The position numbers and the translations under genes were made by a program. Shown piece after piece: positions 1 to 9,144 of a stretch of 64,000 nt of DNA. The stretch spans positions 619 through 64,618 of the forward strand of contig QZKA01000024.1 of assembly GCA_003598135.1 (NCBI GenBank), in the 5' to 3' direction. The DNA comes from Candidatus Omnitrophota bacterium. Lineage in GTDB: Bacteria > Omnitrophota > Gorgyraeia > Gygaellales > Profunditerraquicolaceae. How positions within the stretch are numbered: the stretch's first letter is position 1; every line of letters begins with the position of its first letter. The notes beneath the pieces are model-generated. The model was not told the DNA's origin, made no database searches, and was given only the letters and a program-made list of their open reading frames with translations.

Positions 1-2109
1 CGTACCCCGCGGTGTCCCATCATCGGGTTTGCTTCATGCAGGTTATCCGCCCGTTTTGACAGCTCGTCCATCGAGATGTTCAGGTCTTTGGCTAATTGCT
101 CGAGTTTTGCCTTTTCGCGGGGGACGAATTCATGCAAGGGCGGGTCAAGAAGCCTGATGACTACCGGATATCCGTCCATCGCCTCAAGCGTGCCCTTGAT
201 ATCTTTCTTTACGAAAGGATAGAGTTCTGCAATAGCTGCCTGCCTTTCCTGAAGCGTGCTTGAGATAATCATTTTACGCAGGATAAAAAGCGGCTCATCA
301 GAACCCTTGCCGTAGAACATATGTTCTGTCCTGAACAGGCCGATTCCTTTTGCGCCGAATTGCCTGGCTTTCTTTGCGTCTTCGGGAGTATCGCCATTTG
401 TGCGCACGCCCAATTTCTTGATGGATTCGCACATCTTTAAGAATTCTGTAAGGAGCTCGTTTTCTTCCCCGGCATCCATCATCGGCAGCTTTCCTTCGTA
501 GACACAGCCCTTGGTGCCGTTTAAGGTAATCCAGTCGCCCTCGCTCAGCACTTTATCGCCGGCACGGAATTTTTTCTGCTCGGCCTCGACTTCAAGGGCA
601 CTGCAACCCACAATACAACACTTGCCCCAGCCACGGGCAACTAAGGCTGCATGGGAAGTCATGCCGCCCCGCGCAGTCAGGATCGCCTCTGCGGCACGCA
701 TCCCCTCTACGTCTTCGGGGTTTGTTTCTTCGCGGACAAGTATTACGCGCTTTCCCTGCTTTCTCCATTCAACGGCGTCGTTTGCATAAAAGACTATCTG
801 GCCGGCTGCCCCACCTGGCCCTGCAGGTAATCCTTTTACCAGGGGCTTATGTGTCAGCTCAACTTTCGGGTCGATGATAGGATGCAGCAATTCATCGAGC
901 TGGCTTGGGGTTACGCGCGTTACCGCTATTTCTTTATTGATAAGTTTTTCTTTGACCATATCCACGGCCATACGCACTGCAGCCGGGCCGTTACGTTTGC
1001 CCACGCGGCACTGCAGCATAAAGAGCTTGCCTTTTTCGATGGTAAATTCAATATCCTGCATGTCGCGGTAATGTGTTTCAAGCCGGTTGCGGATATCACA
1101 CAGTGCGTTGTAGATCGAGGGCATTGATTTTTCCAGGGTAACCAGCTCTTTGTTGTGGTCGGATTTTGAATATTCGTTGATTGGTGCAGGAGTGCGGGTG
1201 CCGGCAACCACGTCTTCGCCTTGCGCGTTCACCAGGTATTCGCCGTAGAATTTATTCTCACCGTTGCCGGGGTTGCGGGTAAACGCAACGCCGGTCGCGG
1301 AATCGTTTCCCATGTTCCCGAATACCATGGTCTGGACATTAACGGCTGTTCCCCATTCACCGGGAATATTTTCAATGCGGCGGTAGCTTATCGCACGCTT
1401 GCCGTTCCATGACGCGAATACCGCGCCGATGCCCCCCCATAATTGTTCGTTATGGGTATCGGGGAATTCCTTTCCCAATACTTGCTTGATTTTCTCTTTA
1501 AACAGAGAACAGAGCTTTTTTAAATCATCCGAAGTCAAGTCAGTGTCTGCCTTGTAGCCCTTCTCTTCTTTCATGCGGTGCATTATTTTTTCCAGCTGTT
1601 TGCGGATGCCTTGATCATCCTTGGGCTCTATGCCGGCAGCCTTTTCCATTACTACGTCTGAGAACATCATAATCAGGCGCCGATACGCATCATAGACAAA
1701 ACGGCTGTTACCGCCGCTTTTCTTTATGAGGCCGGGAATGGTCTTTTCGGTAAGGCCCACGTTTAATATCGTTTCCATCATGCCGGGCATCGACCTGCGG
1801 GCACCGGAGCGCACGGAAACCAAAAGCGGATTATCCGGGTCGCCGAATTTCTTCCCCATAAGCTTCTCTATTTTCTCCAAAGCCTTTACAACTTCCGCTT
1901 TAAGCGTTTTGGGGTAGTTTTTTTTGCTTTTATAATAATAGGTGCACACTTCGGTGGTGATGGTAAACCCGGGGGGGACAGGAAGCCGTAAATCTTTATG
2001 CCCTGCCATCTCGGCAAGGTTTGCGCCTTTGCCTCCCAGTAAATTTTTCATGCTTTCGTTGCCGTCAGCTTTTCCACCGCCGAAGAAGTAAACGTTTTTG
2101 TTGCCCATT
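1..2109 (-). CDS. ppdK: pyruvate, phosphate dikinase (3' partial; N-terminus at 2109, extends beyond window start)
   Basis: Reverse-complement translation from 2109 gives MGNKNVYFFGGGKADGNESMKNLLGGKGANLAEMAG..., the canonical PPDK N-terminus. The frame continues to the window edge. The plus-strand ORFs at 511-1412 are antisense artefacts. Confidence 0.85.
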
Positions 2110-2130
2110 GCTTTGTTAACCCTCCCTTTC

Positions 2131-2246
2131 GTATTGAGTATAGAGTATTGTGTATTGAGTGCGTTTAGCGTAAAACCGCTATATCTCAGATACTACCTTA
2201 ACCTAAGCCTTAACCTTAACCTAAGCCTTAACCTTAACCTGAACCT
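2131..2246. repeat. intergenic modular repeat, copy 1 (module A gtattgagtatagagtattgtgtattgagt plus module B, ccttaacctaagcc tandem units)
   Basis: The same modules recur at 5035, 9012, 11645, 16801 and 18555. This copy sits between the glyQS stop and the ppdK start. Confidence 0.8.
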
Positions 2247-2258
2247 TTATTTCTATTG

Positions 2259-3563
2259 TCATCCGGCCAGTTTCTGCAACAAGTATTCCTTCAGCGAATC
2301 GACGCTGATACGCTCCTGCTGCATTGAATCGCGGTCGCGGACAGTAACCTGCCTGTCTTGGAGTGATTGCACATCTACCGTCACGCAGAAGGGCGTACCT
2401 ACTTCGTCCTGCCGGCGATAGAGCTTTCCTATTGCGGCAGTGTCGTCATATACCGCAACCGTATGTTTCTTAAGGTCTTTTGAGATTGCGCGCGCCATTT
2501 CAACAATCTCAGGCCTGTTTTTCAAAAGTGGCAACACCGCCACTTTTACCGGCGCCAGATCCTTGTGAAGCTTAAGCACCACACGCAGATCGTCTTTAAC
2601 CTTCTCTTCGCTGTAGGCGTCGGTTAAAAACGCAAGGACTGTTCTGTCAACTCCGCCGGATGGCTCAATAATGTAGGGTAAGATCTTCTCTTTCTTGACG
2701 TCGTCGAAAAAGCGCAGGTCTTTCCCTGAGTATTGCGAATGCTGCTTTAGGTCAAAATCCGTACGGTTGGCAATTCCTTCAAGCTCCGACCATCCGAAAG
2801 GAAAATTGTATTCAATGTCGGTGCATGCCTTTGCATAGTGCGCCAGCTCGTCAGGGCCGTGTGCGCGCTTGCGTAAGTTTTCTCTTTTGATGCCAAGATC
2901 GCTATACCAATTGAAATGCAGTTCGATCCACTCTTGAAGCTTTTTATCTGCGTTCTCGGGCCTTACGAAATACTCTATTTCCATCTGCTCGAATTCGCGC
3001 GTCCTGAACGTTAAGTTTCCGGGAGTGATCTCATTACGGAATGCCTTGCCGACCTGCGCAAGGCCAAAAGGAAGCTTCGGGTGCCGTGAGTCAAGGATAT
3101 TCAAAAAATTGACAAACATACCCTGCGCGGTTTCAGGCCTTAGGTAAATGAGGTTTGCCTCATCGATGACTGCGCCCTGGTGGGTTTCAAACATTAAGTT
3201 AAACGGCCTGCTTTCGGTAAGCTCTCCCCTGCATTCCGGGCATTTGCTCTTGTCTTTCAGGTCCGCATCCTTAAACCTTTTTTTGCAGGATTTGCAGTCG
3301 CGCTTGAGGTCAAAAAAATTCTTCACGTGGCCGGACGCTTCCCAGACTTTCGGGTTCATCAGTATTGCTGCGTCCATCCCCAACATGTCATCGCGCTCAT
3401 AGACATTGGTTTTCCACCAGGCTCTCTTTACGTTGTTTTTAAGTTCAACGCCGTACGGGCCGTAATCCCAGGTATTGGCAAGCCCGCCGTAGATGTCGCT
3501 TCCCTGGAAGATAAATCCCCGGCGCTTACATAACGAAACGATCTTATCCATCATATCAGCCAT
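2259..3563 (-). CDS. glyQS: glycine--tRNA ligase (class II, GlyQS type)
   Basis: Translation MADMMDKIVSLCKRRGFIFQGSDIYGGLANTWDYGPYGVELKNNVKRAWW is typical GlyRS. The start was refined to the internal ATG at 3563, which overlaps the upstream gene by 8 nt. Confidence 0.88.
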   Translation of the reverse strand: MADMMDKIVSLCKRRGFIFQGSDIYGGLANTWDYGPYGVELKNNVKRAWWKTNVYERDDMLGMDAAILMNPKVWEASGHVKNFFDLKRDCKSCKKRFKDADLKDKSKCPECRGELTESRPFNLMFETHQGAVIDEANLIYLRPETAQGMFVNFLNILDSRHPKLPFGLAQVGKAFRNEITPGNLTFRTREFEQMEIEYFVRPENADKKLQEWIELHFNWYSDLGIKRENLRKRAHGPDELAHYAKACTDIEYNFPFGWSELEGIANRTDFDLKQHSQYSGKDLRFFDDVKKEKILPYIIEPSGGVDRTVLAFLTDAYSEEKVKDDLRVVLKLHKDLAPVKVAVLPLLKNRPEIVEMARAISKDLKKHTVAVYDDTAAIGKLYRRQDEVGTPFCVTVDVQSLQDRQVTVRDRDSMQQERISVDSLKEYLLQKLAG

Positions 3564-4965
3564 GTTCTTTTGCCTGCCCGTATTTATTGAATTCCTCCGA
3601 ATAGAACATCGCTGCTTCGGAATCGATGATGTCCATTTCAAGGTATCTTCGTATCGAGTCTGCCATAGATTGCATGCGGTATGCGCCGCTGGTCTGGATA
3701 ATGGTCGGCAGCTGGAAAAGCTCATCCTTACGGATGATCCTTTTTACCGCATCATTGGCAATGATGATTTCGGTCGCAAGGAGCCTGCCGGTGCGGTCTT
3801 TGCGCGGTATGAGCAGATGCGAGATTATCCCCTTAAGGCAGTTTGAAAGCTGCGAGAGGGCCTGTTTCCTCGCTTCAAGCGGGAAAAAGCTGACCAGGCG
3901 GTCAATTGCCTGCATGGTATTGGGCGAATGGAAAGAGGCGATTACTAAATATCCGGCTTCTGCCGCAATGAGCGCGGTCCTTACCGAATCGGCATCCTCA
4001 AGTTCTCCGATGACGATAATATTGGGGTCTTGTTTGAGGCTGCTTTTGATTGCTGCGGAAAAGGAATTTGTGTCAACGCCTACTTCACGCTGCTTGATGA
4101 TGCTTTTGATATTAGGATGCACGTATTCGATAGGCCGTTCAAGCGTGATAATAACCGCCCGTTTTTCGCGGTTAATCAGCTCAACCATCGCGGACATGGT
4201 AGTGGTTTTGCCGCTTCCCGTAGGCCCTACCAATAGCACCAAACCATCCCTCTGCCTGGCTAATTCCTGGACTACTGGGGGTATATTGAGCTCTTCAAAA
4301 GAAGAAACTTTTGTATTGATAAGCCTGAATGTCGCTTCCAGGAAGCCTCGTTGTTGGTGCACGTTGATCCTGAAACGGTTGCGGACATCGTATTGAATCC
4401 CGAAATCAAGCTCTTTTTCTTTTTCAAAGCGCCTTATCTGCTGCTTGGTCATAAGGCTGAATAAAATCTGAGGAATTTCTTCGGAGCTAAGGCTTGGGCC
4501 GTTTACTTCTTCCAATTCTCCGTTCACCCGTAAAACCGGGACGTGGTCTGCGAGTATATGCAGGTCAGAAGCGCCTCTTTTGATTGCAAGTTCCAGTAAT
4601 TTACCGACATTAAACCTTTCAATCAGCTGCTGGATTTCCTGTTTATGCGTGTCGTCGAGCTTGGTGAATACAGAACCTAAACCAAACGTCCTGCCTTCAT
4701 CCAGGGCCTCTATCCTTACAATCTTGATTGATGCCTGAATAGCGGTTTCGCTTTTGGGGAGGCGGAAACTGACAGTTGCTTCCATATTCAGAGGGAATAC
4801 CTCTTCGCTCTCCAGATAAATTCCGCCCGTGTTGATATTCGTGGCAAGGAGATTTCTTTCTTTTTTTACGTTCTCCTGGGAGTCCTGGAATGCAAATTTG
4901 ACGTGTATACGGGAATAGAGCCTGTAGTCTTTTCTTCTTTCCGGTATATCGTGCCGAGTCAGCAT
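3556..4965 (-). CDS. PilZ-domain / PilT-like type IV pilus retraction ATPase fusion
   Basis: N-terminal PilZ motifs: RRKDYR, then NINTGGIYL. The C-terminal PilT/GspE core has Walker A GPTGSGKTT. An AAGGAG ribosome-binding site precedes the ATG. Confidence 0.8.
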   Translation of the reverse strand: MLTRHDIPERRKDYRLYSRIHVKFAFQDSQENVKKERNLLATNINTGGIYLESEEVFPLNMEATVSFRLPKSETAIQASIKIVRIEALDEGRTFGLGSVFTKLDDTHKQEIQQLIERFNVGKLLELAIKRGASDLHILADHVPVLRVNGELEEVNGPSLSSEEIPQILFSLMTKQQIRRFEKEKELDFGIQYDVRNRFRINVHQQRGFLEATFRLINTKVSSFEELNIPPVVQELARQRDGLVLLVGPTGSGKTTTMSAMVELINREKRAVIITLERPIEYVHPNIKSIIKQREVGVDTNSFSAAIKSSLKQDPNIIVIGELEDADSVRTALIAAEAGYLVIASFHSPNTMQAIDRLVSFFPLEARKQALSQLSNCLKGIISHLLIPRKDRTGRLLATEIIIANDAVKRIIRKDELFQLPTIIQTSGAYRMQSMADSIRRYLEMDIIDSEAAMFYSEEFNKYGQAKEHG

Positions 4966-5034
4966 GGTATCTCCTTTTTAACGATAAACACAGAGTCGTA
5001 TTTTAGCATACATTGCAAAAAATCGCTATAGATT

Positions 5035-5135
5035 TCGTATTGAGTAGAGGCTCGCTGAAAAGACCGGCTACCTCAATCGTAACCTCAACCTCTCATTTTG
5101 CGTTAGCCTTGGCCTAAGCCTTAACCTTGGCCTTT
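5035..5135. repeat. intergenic modular repeat, copy 2 (A-like cgtattgagtagagg... plus taacctcaacctctcattttgcgttagccttggcctaagccttaacc)
   Basis: Shares the 'taacctcaacctctcattttgcgttagcc' block with the inverted copy at 9012-9135. Confidence 0.8.
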
Positions 5136-5852
5136 CTCTTTATTCTTTTGCAGCGTAGAAATAATTGTGAGTACCTTGTCTATATCCAGTTCTTTCTTCT
5201 TGTCCTTCAGGTACACCTTGAAAAATTCCTGCTTGCTATTTACTATGTCACAATTGAAGTAATTGCCTTCTTTCGTATAGTTGTAGGTAATAAACCCTCT
5301 TTTATCCGCTACGCTAAACCGTGCGATTTTTATGTTACTGCCCGGGCCAATGTCGGGAGTGAAGATGCTTTTCAGTATTACAAAGAGGGTGCTGGGCAGG
5401 TCTTTGATGTCAGGGGTTCTTGCGTTAAGGATGCGGCTTAAGAAATCGTAATTGTTTTTAAGGCTGTATTTTTTAAGCTGCGGGAAAAGCGACTGGAAGA
5501 AATCCGGATTTTGATACAACAGGTAGGCAATCGAATCCTTTTCGGTGCGTTTACGTTTTTTATAATAGGCCCTGTAAATCTGTTCTTTTATTACGAAGAA
5601 ATCCTTTGGGAGCGCTATTTCGATTTCTTCTATTTTATACCTCGCAAGGCTTAAGATATAGTTTTTGTCAATTTGGGGATTGGTAAAGTTTTGCGACGGT
5701 AGAATGCATAATACCGGTATTTTATTGCATGTACCGATACCCATTTCGACATAGGTTTTTAAAACGTACGGCTTGCCGAAGGTGGTCACTGTCAGGATAG
5801 CGGCGCTCCAGACTACTATCCACGGTAAAAATCTAGTGAGTTTCTTTTTCAT
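5121..5852 (-). CDS. hypothetical secreted protein (N-terminal signal peptide)
   Basis: MKKKLTRFLPWIVVWSAAILTVTTFG is a signal-like N-terminus. The gene is AT-rich and no known domain was recognised. Confidence 0.5.
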   Translation of the reverse strand: MKKKLTRFLPWIVVWSAAILTVTTFGKPYVLKTYVEMGIGTCNKIPVLCILPSQNFTNPQIDKNYILSLARYKIEEIEIALPKDFFVIKEQIYRAYYKKRKRTEKDSIAYLLYQNPDFFQSLFPQLKKYSLKNNYDFLSRILNARTPDIKDLPSTLFVILKSIFTPDIGPGSNIKIARFSVADKRGFITYNYTKEGNYFNCDIVNSKQEFFKVYLKDKKKELDIDKVLTIISTLQKNKEKGQG

Positions 5853-6690
5853 CGGGTATCGAATTTTTTAATTTTGAAAATTCTTCCTGCGATATCGAAA
5901 AGCTGTGTGCTTTATCGGGGAACGAGCCGCTTAAGACCTCATTTTTATACCGGATGATTGCTTCCCGCACCTGCGCGGCCACGTCGGCATATTGCATGAC
6001 GAATTTTGGTTTGAAGCCCTTAGACAGCCCGAGTATGTCATGTAGCACCAGGACCTGGCCGTCGCAATAAGGCCCTGCACCGATTCCAATAGTAGGGATA
6101 GAGAGTTTGTTCGTGATGAGTGAGGCGATTTTGTCGGGGACACACTCAAGCACGATAGAGAAACAGCCTGCGTCTTCGGATTCCTTTGCCTGTTGCAGAA
6201 GCTCTGTTGCGCGCTCAGCGTCTTTGCCCTGCACCTTAAACCCGCCGAGTTTATCCGCGGTCTGAGGGGTGAGGCCGATATGCCCCATCACCGGGATGCC
6301 TGCGTTGACAATCTCTTTTATCACAGTAAGGCATTGGGTAAACCATTCTACCTTTACCGCATCGCAGCCCCCTTCTTCTACCAGCCTTTTGGCGTTTCCT
6401 AGTGCCTTGTCGGGTTCAATCTGGTATGCCGAGAAAGGCATGTCAGCGATTACCAGCGCATGTGTTACTGCGCGGCTTACTGCTTTGGTATGATAGAGTA
6501 TTTCTTGTATTCCCACATCTTTTGTCGATTCCAGCCCTAACACTACGTTAGCCAGGGAATCACCTACAATAATTATATCGATACCTGACTGGTCGACCAG
6601 ATAGGCGAACGGGTAATCATAAGCGGTAAGGCAGGTACTTTTTTCTTTATTGTTCTTTTTGCTACGGATATCTTTAATTGTCAACTTCAT
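5833..6690 (-). CDS. panB: 3-methyl-2-oxobutanoate hydroxymethyltransferase
   Basis: LTAYDYPFA...IIVGDSLANVVLG...ADMPFSAY is the PanB signature. Confidence 0.88.
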   Translation of the reverse strand: MKLTIKDIRSKKNNKEKSTCLTAYDYPFAYLVDQSGIDIIIVGDSLANVVLGLESTKDVGIQEILYHTKAVSRAVTHALVIADMPFSAYQIEPDKALGNAKRLVEEGGCDAVKVEWFTQCLTVIKEIVNAGIPVMGHIGLTPQTADKLGGFKVQGKDAERATELLQQAKESEDAGCFSIVLECVPDKIASLITNKLSIPTIGIGAGPYCDGQVLVLHDILGLSKGFKPKFVMQYADVAAQVREAIIRYKNEVLSGSFPDKAHSFSISQEEFSKLKNSIPDEKETH

Positions 6691-6712
6691 GATAAAGGAT
6701 GGTTTCGTGAAG

Positions 6713-8116
6713 CTAGAAGCGCAGCGCAGGAATAAACAGTTGGGCTATTTTGAAATAAATTATTAACCCGCACACATCAACCACGCTTGTGGTAATTGGG
6801 CCTGCCAACACAGCAGGGTCGAGGCCTATTTTTTTCGAAAAAAACGGAAGAAATGTCCCTGTGGCAATAGCGAGTATCGCAATAAAAAGCATGCTTAAGC
6901 CAACGACTATGGCAAGCGTAAAGTCTTTTTGCAGCAGGAATGCCCTGCCGAAGGCGACGGTTCCTACTATTAGGCCCATCAGGAGGGCCGCGCTAAACTC
7001 AAGCTTGATAACCTTGAAGACATTCTTAAAATTCACGTCACCCGTGGCTAGTCCCCTTATAATCGTAATTGAAGTTTGGGCTCCGGCATTTCCGCCGGTG
7101 TCCAAAAGCATGGGGATGAAAAATGCCAGGGCTACGACAGAACTCAATGAATGTTCAAATGCTTTTAAGACTGTGCCGGTCAGAAAATCGAAAATCAACA
7201 GCAGTATCAGCCATCCTGCCCGCCTTTTCACCAATTCAGCGGTGGTGGCGCGCGCGTAACTGATAATCTGGCCACCCTTGGCATCCATTTTACCGATTTC
7301 GTATATATCTTTGGTAGCCTCTTTTTCTATGATATCGACTACGTCATCAATGGTGATAATCCCTACCAGGACGTCGTGGGTATCAACTACCGGCGCATCA
7401 AGTAAATCATATTTTTTGAAATAGCGGGCAACTTCAACGATATCGGTATCGGCATTCACTTTGATCAGGTCAGCGCTTTGCATAATTTCTTTTATCGCGA
7501 TATCGGGAGGGGCCTTTAATAAATCCTGCAGCGCAATACAGCCTCTTAGTTTATGGCCTTCGTCAGTTACAAATACCGAATAAATGTCCCTTGCGTATTC
7601 AGCCCTTAGGTTTTCCTGGATAGAAAGGATAGCTTGCCTGGCAGTCATATCTTTTTTCAACTCGACCATGTCTGTGGTCATCAAACTGCCTGCAGTCCCT
7701 TCGGGATACACCAGTAATTCGCGCAAGTCCTGCGCCTCTTCTTTATTGACCAGGTTGAACAATTTCTTCGAAACCTTATCAGGAAGCTCCTTAAAAAGGT
7801 CGGCTCTTTCGTCAGGAGACATTTCGTTAATAATCTGTGAGATCTCGGTATTGTTAAGGTTGTTTAAAATGAAGGATTGTTCCGAAAACGGGAGGGCTTC
7901 AAATACCTCTATGGCTTTTCTGGAGCTCAAGAGCTTAAATACCAGGATCTTGTCATTAGCCTCAAGGTGACGCCACCCTTCAGCCAGGTCAATGGACCGC
8001 ATTGTTTTGAGCACTAACTTAAGGCCGTTAAAGTCCTTCTTGGAAAGCAGCTGCTTTATTTCGGGAAGGAATAACGCAAATATGTCGACATTGCTTTTTT
8101 TCATACCGTTTTTCAT
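6713..8116 (-). CDS. mgtE: magnesium transporter MgtE
   Basis: MgtE N-domain, tandem CBS region and C-terminal membrane domain, as read from the translation. Confidence 0.85.
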   Translation of the reverse strand: MKNGMKKSNVDIFALFLPEIKQLLSKKDFNGLKLVLKTMRSIDLAEGWRHLEANDKILVFKLLSSRKAIEVFEALPFSEQSFILNNLNNTEISQIINEMSPDERADLFKELPDKVSKKLFNLVNKEEAQDLRELLVYPEGTAGSLMTTDMVELKKDMTARQAILSIQENLRAEYARDIYSVFVTDEGHKLRGCIALQDLLKAPPDIAIKEIMQSADLIKVNADTDIVEVARYFKKYDLLDAPVVDTHDVLVGIITIDDVVDIIEKEATKDIYEIGKMDAKGGQIISYARATTAELVKRRAGWLILLLIFDFLTGTVLKAFEHSLSSVVALAFFIPMLLDTGGNAGAQTSITIIRGLATGDVNFKNVFKVIKLEFSAALLMGLIVGTVAFGRAFLLQKDFTLAIVVGLSMLFIAILAIATGTFLPFFSKKIGLDPAVLAGPITTSVVDVCGLIIYFKIAQLFIPALRF

Positions 8117-9144
8117 GGCACAGCTACCATTTGACCTTCGTTATCACTCTCTACAATGCCGGCTTTTGCGGGGGGATATTTTTTTAACAGCTCTATCCCC
8201 TTCTCCCTGCCTAACACAAATAGGGAAGTAGCCAGCGCATCTGCGGTAAGGCAATCCTCTGCAATGACTGTCACTGAAATTACGCCGCCCTTGGCAGGAG
8301 CTCCTGTTTTGGGGTCAAGAATATGAGAAAAGACTTCATCTCTATTCTTAAAATACTGTTCATAATCCCCTGAAGTGGCTATGGCGCTGTTTTCCATGCT
8401 CATGGTGCTTAAGAAATTCTGTGAACGAGGGTTTTGCACTGCCACTTTCCATGGCGTGCCGAACTTGTTACCTAAACAATATATATCCCCGCCTGTATTA
8501 ATCAAGCAATTTTTTACGCCTGCGGCTTTTATTTTTTTGACTGCCGAATCAACGGCATACCCTTTGGCAATCGCACCCAGGTCAACAGCCATCCCGGGAA
8601 TACTAAATTCTATCACATTATTGTTTTTATGAAAAATAATTTTATCCATACCTACGCGCTTTGACGCCTTCTCAATTTCTTTTCTTTTCGGGACCTTATA
8701 CTGTGTATTGGAAAATCCCCAAATATTCATCAACGGGCCTACCGTAACATCGAATGCGCCGCCTGAGGCTTGCCAGAATTCCTTAGACTTCTGCATAATA
8801 TACCATGTCTCCTTGCTTGCGGCCACCTTGCCGGTTTTGTTCAGCCGGGAAATTTCGCTCTTCTCATCGTATTTGCTTAATAGGGATTCGATCCTCTTTA
8901 TCTCCTCAAAGGCAATGGCAGGCGCCCGTTCGTCAGGTGAAACAACTTCAACAAAGGTGCCCATCATGACGCGAGTTTCCTTATATAGCTTCTGGGGTTG
9001 ACAACCGTTAAATAAGGTTAAGGCCGAGGCTAAGGCCAAGGCTAACGCAAAATGAGAGGTTGAGGTTAAGGCTGAGGTAGCCGGTTTTTCTAGCGTGCTT
9101 CTACTCAATACCCTGTACCCTGCACTCAATACTGAATTTTTCAT
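8113..9144 (-). CDS. apbE: FAD:protein FMN transferase (ApbE family); start ambiguous (9144 or upstream 9318, or internal MMG)
   Basis: ATSGDYEQYF and the TRVMMGTFVEVV start of the mature domain identify ApbE. The N-terminal 40-50 aa, including the putative lipoprotein signal LALALASALTLFNGC, are encoded by repeat copy 3. Confidence 0.8.
   Translation of the reverse strand: MKNSVLSAGYRVLSRSTLEKPATSALTSTSHFALALALASALTLFNGCQPQKLYKETRVMMGTFVEVVSPDERAPAIAFEEIKRIESLLSKYDEKSEISRLNKTGKVAASKETWYIMQKSKEFWQASGGAFDVTVGPLMNIWGFSNTQYKVPKRKEIEKASKRVGMDKIIFHKNNNVIEFSIPGMAVDLGAIAKGYAVDSAVKKIKAAGVKNCLINTGGDIYCLGNKFGTPWKVAVQNPRSQNFLSTMSMENSAIATSGDYEQYFKNRDEVFSHILDPKTGAPAKGGVISVTVIAEDCLTADALATSLFVLGREKGIELLKKYPPAKAGIVESDNEGQMVAVP
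9012..9135. repeat. intergenic modular repeat, copy 3 (inverted orientation; overlaps the apbE 5' end)
   Basis: ggctaacgcaaaatgagaggttgaggtta... and ctactcaataccctgtaccctgcactcaatac are reverse complements of the copy 2 and module A sequences. Confidence 0.8.

Noticed and set aside
849-1412. Several 60-90-aa plus-strand ORFs at the window start
   Set aside because: They lie antisense within ppdK, which reads continuously on the minus strand with canonical PPDK sequence.
2196-2245. Tandem ccttaacc/ctaagcc short repeats considered as a CRISPR array or telomere-like repeat
   Set aside because: The units are 6-12 nt with no spacers, no repeat-spacer periodicity and no cas genes. They belong to the dispersed module B of the intergenic repeat family.
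3626-4396. 256-aa plus-strand ORF
   Set aside because: It lies entirely antisense to the well-conserved PilT ATPase core. It is Ser- and Leu-rich with low complexity and has no start context.
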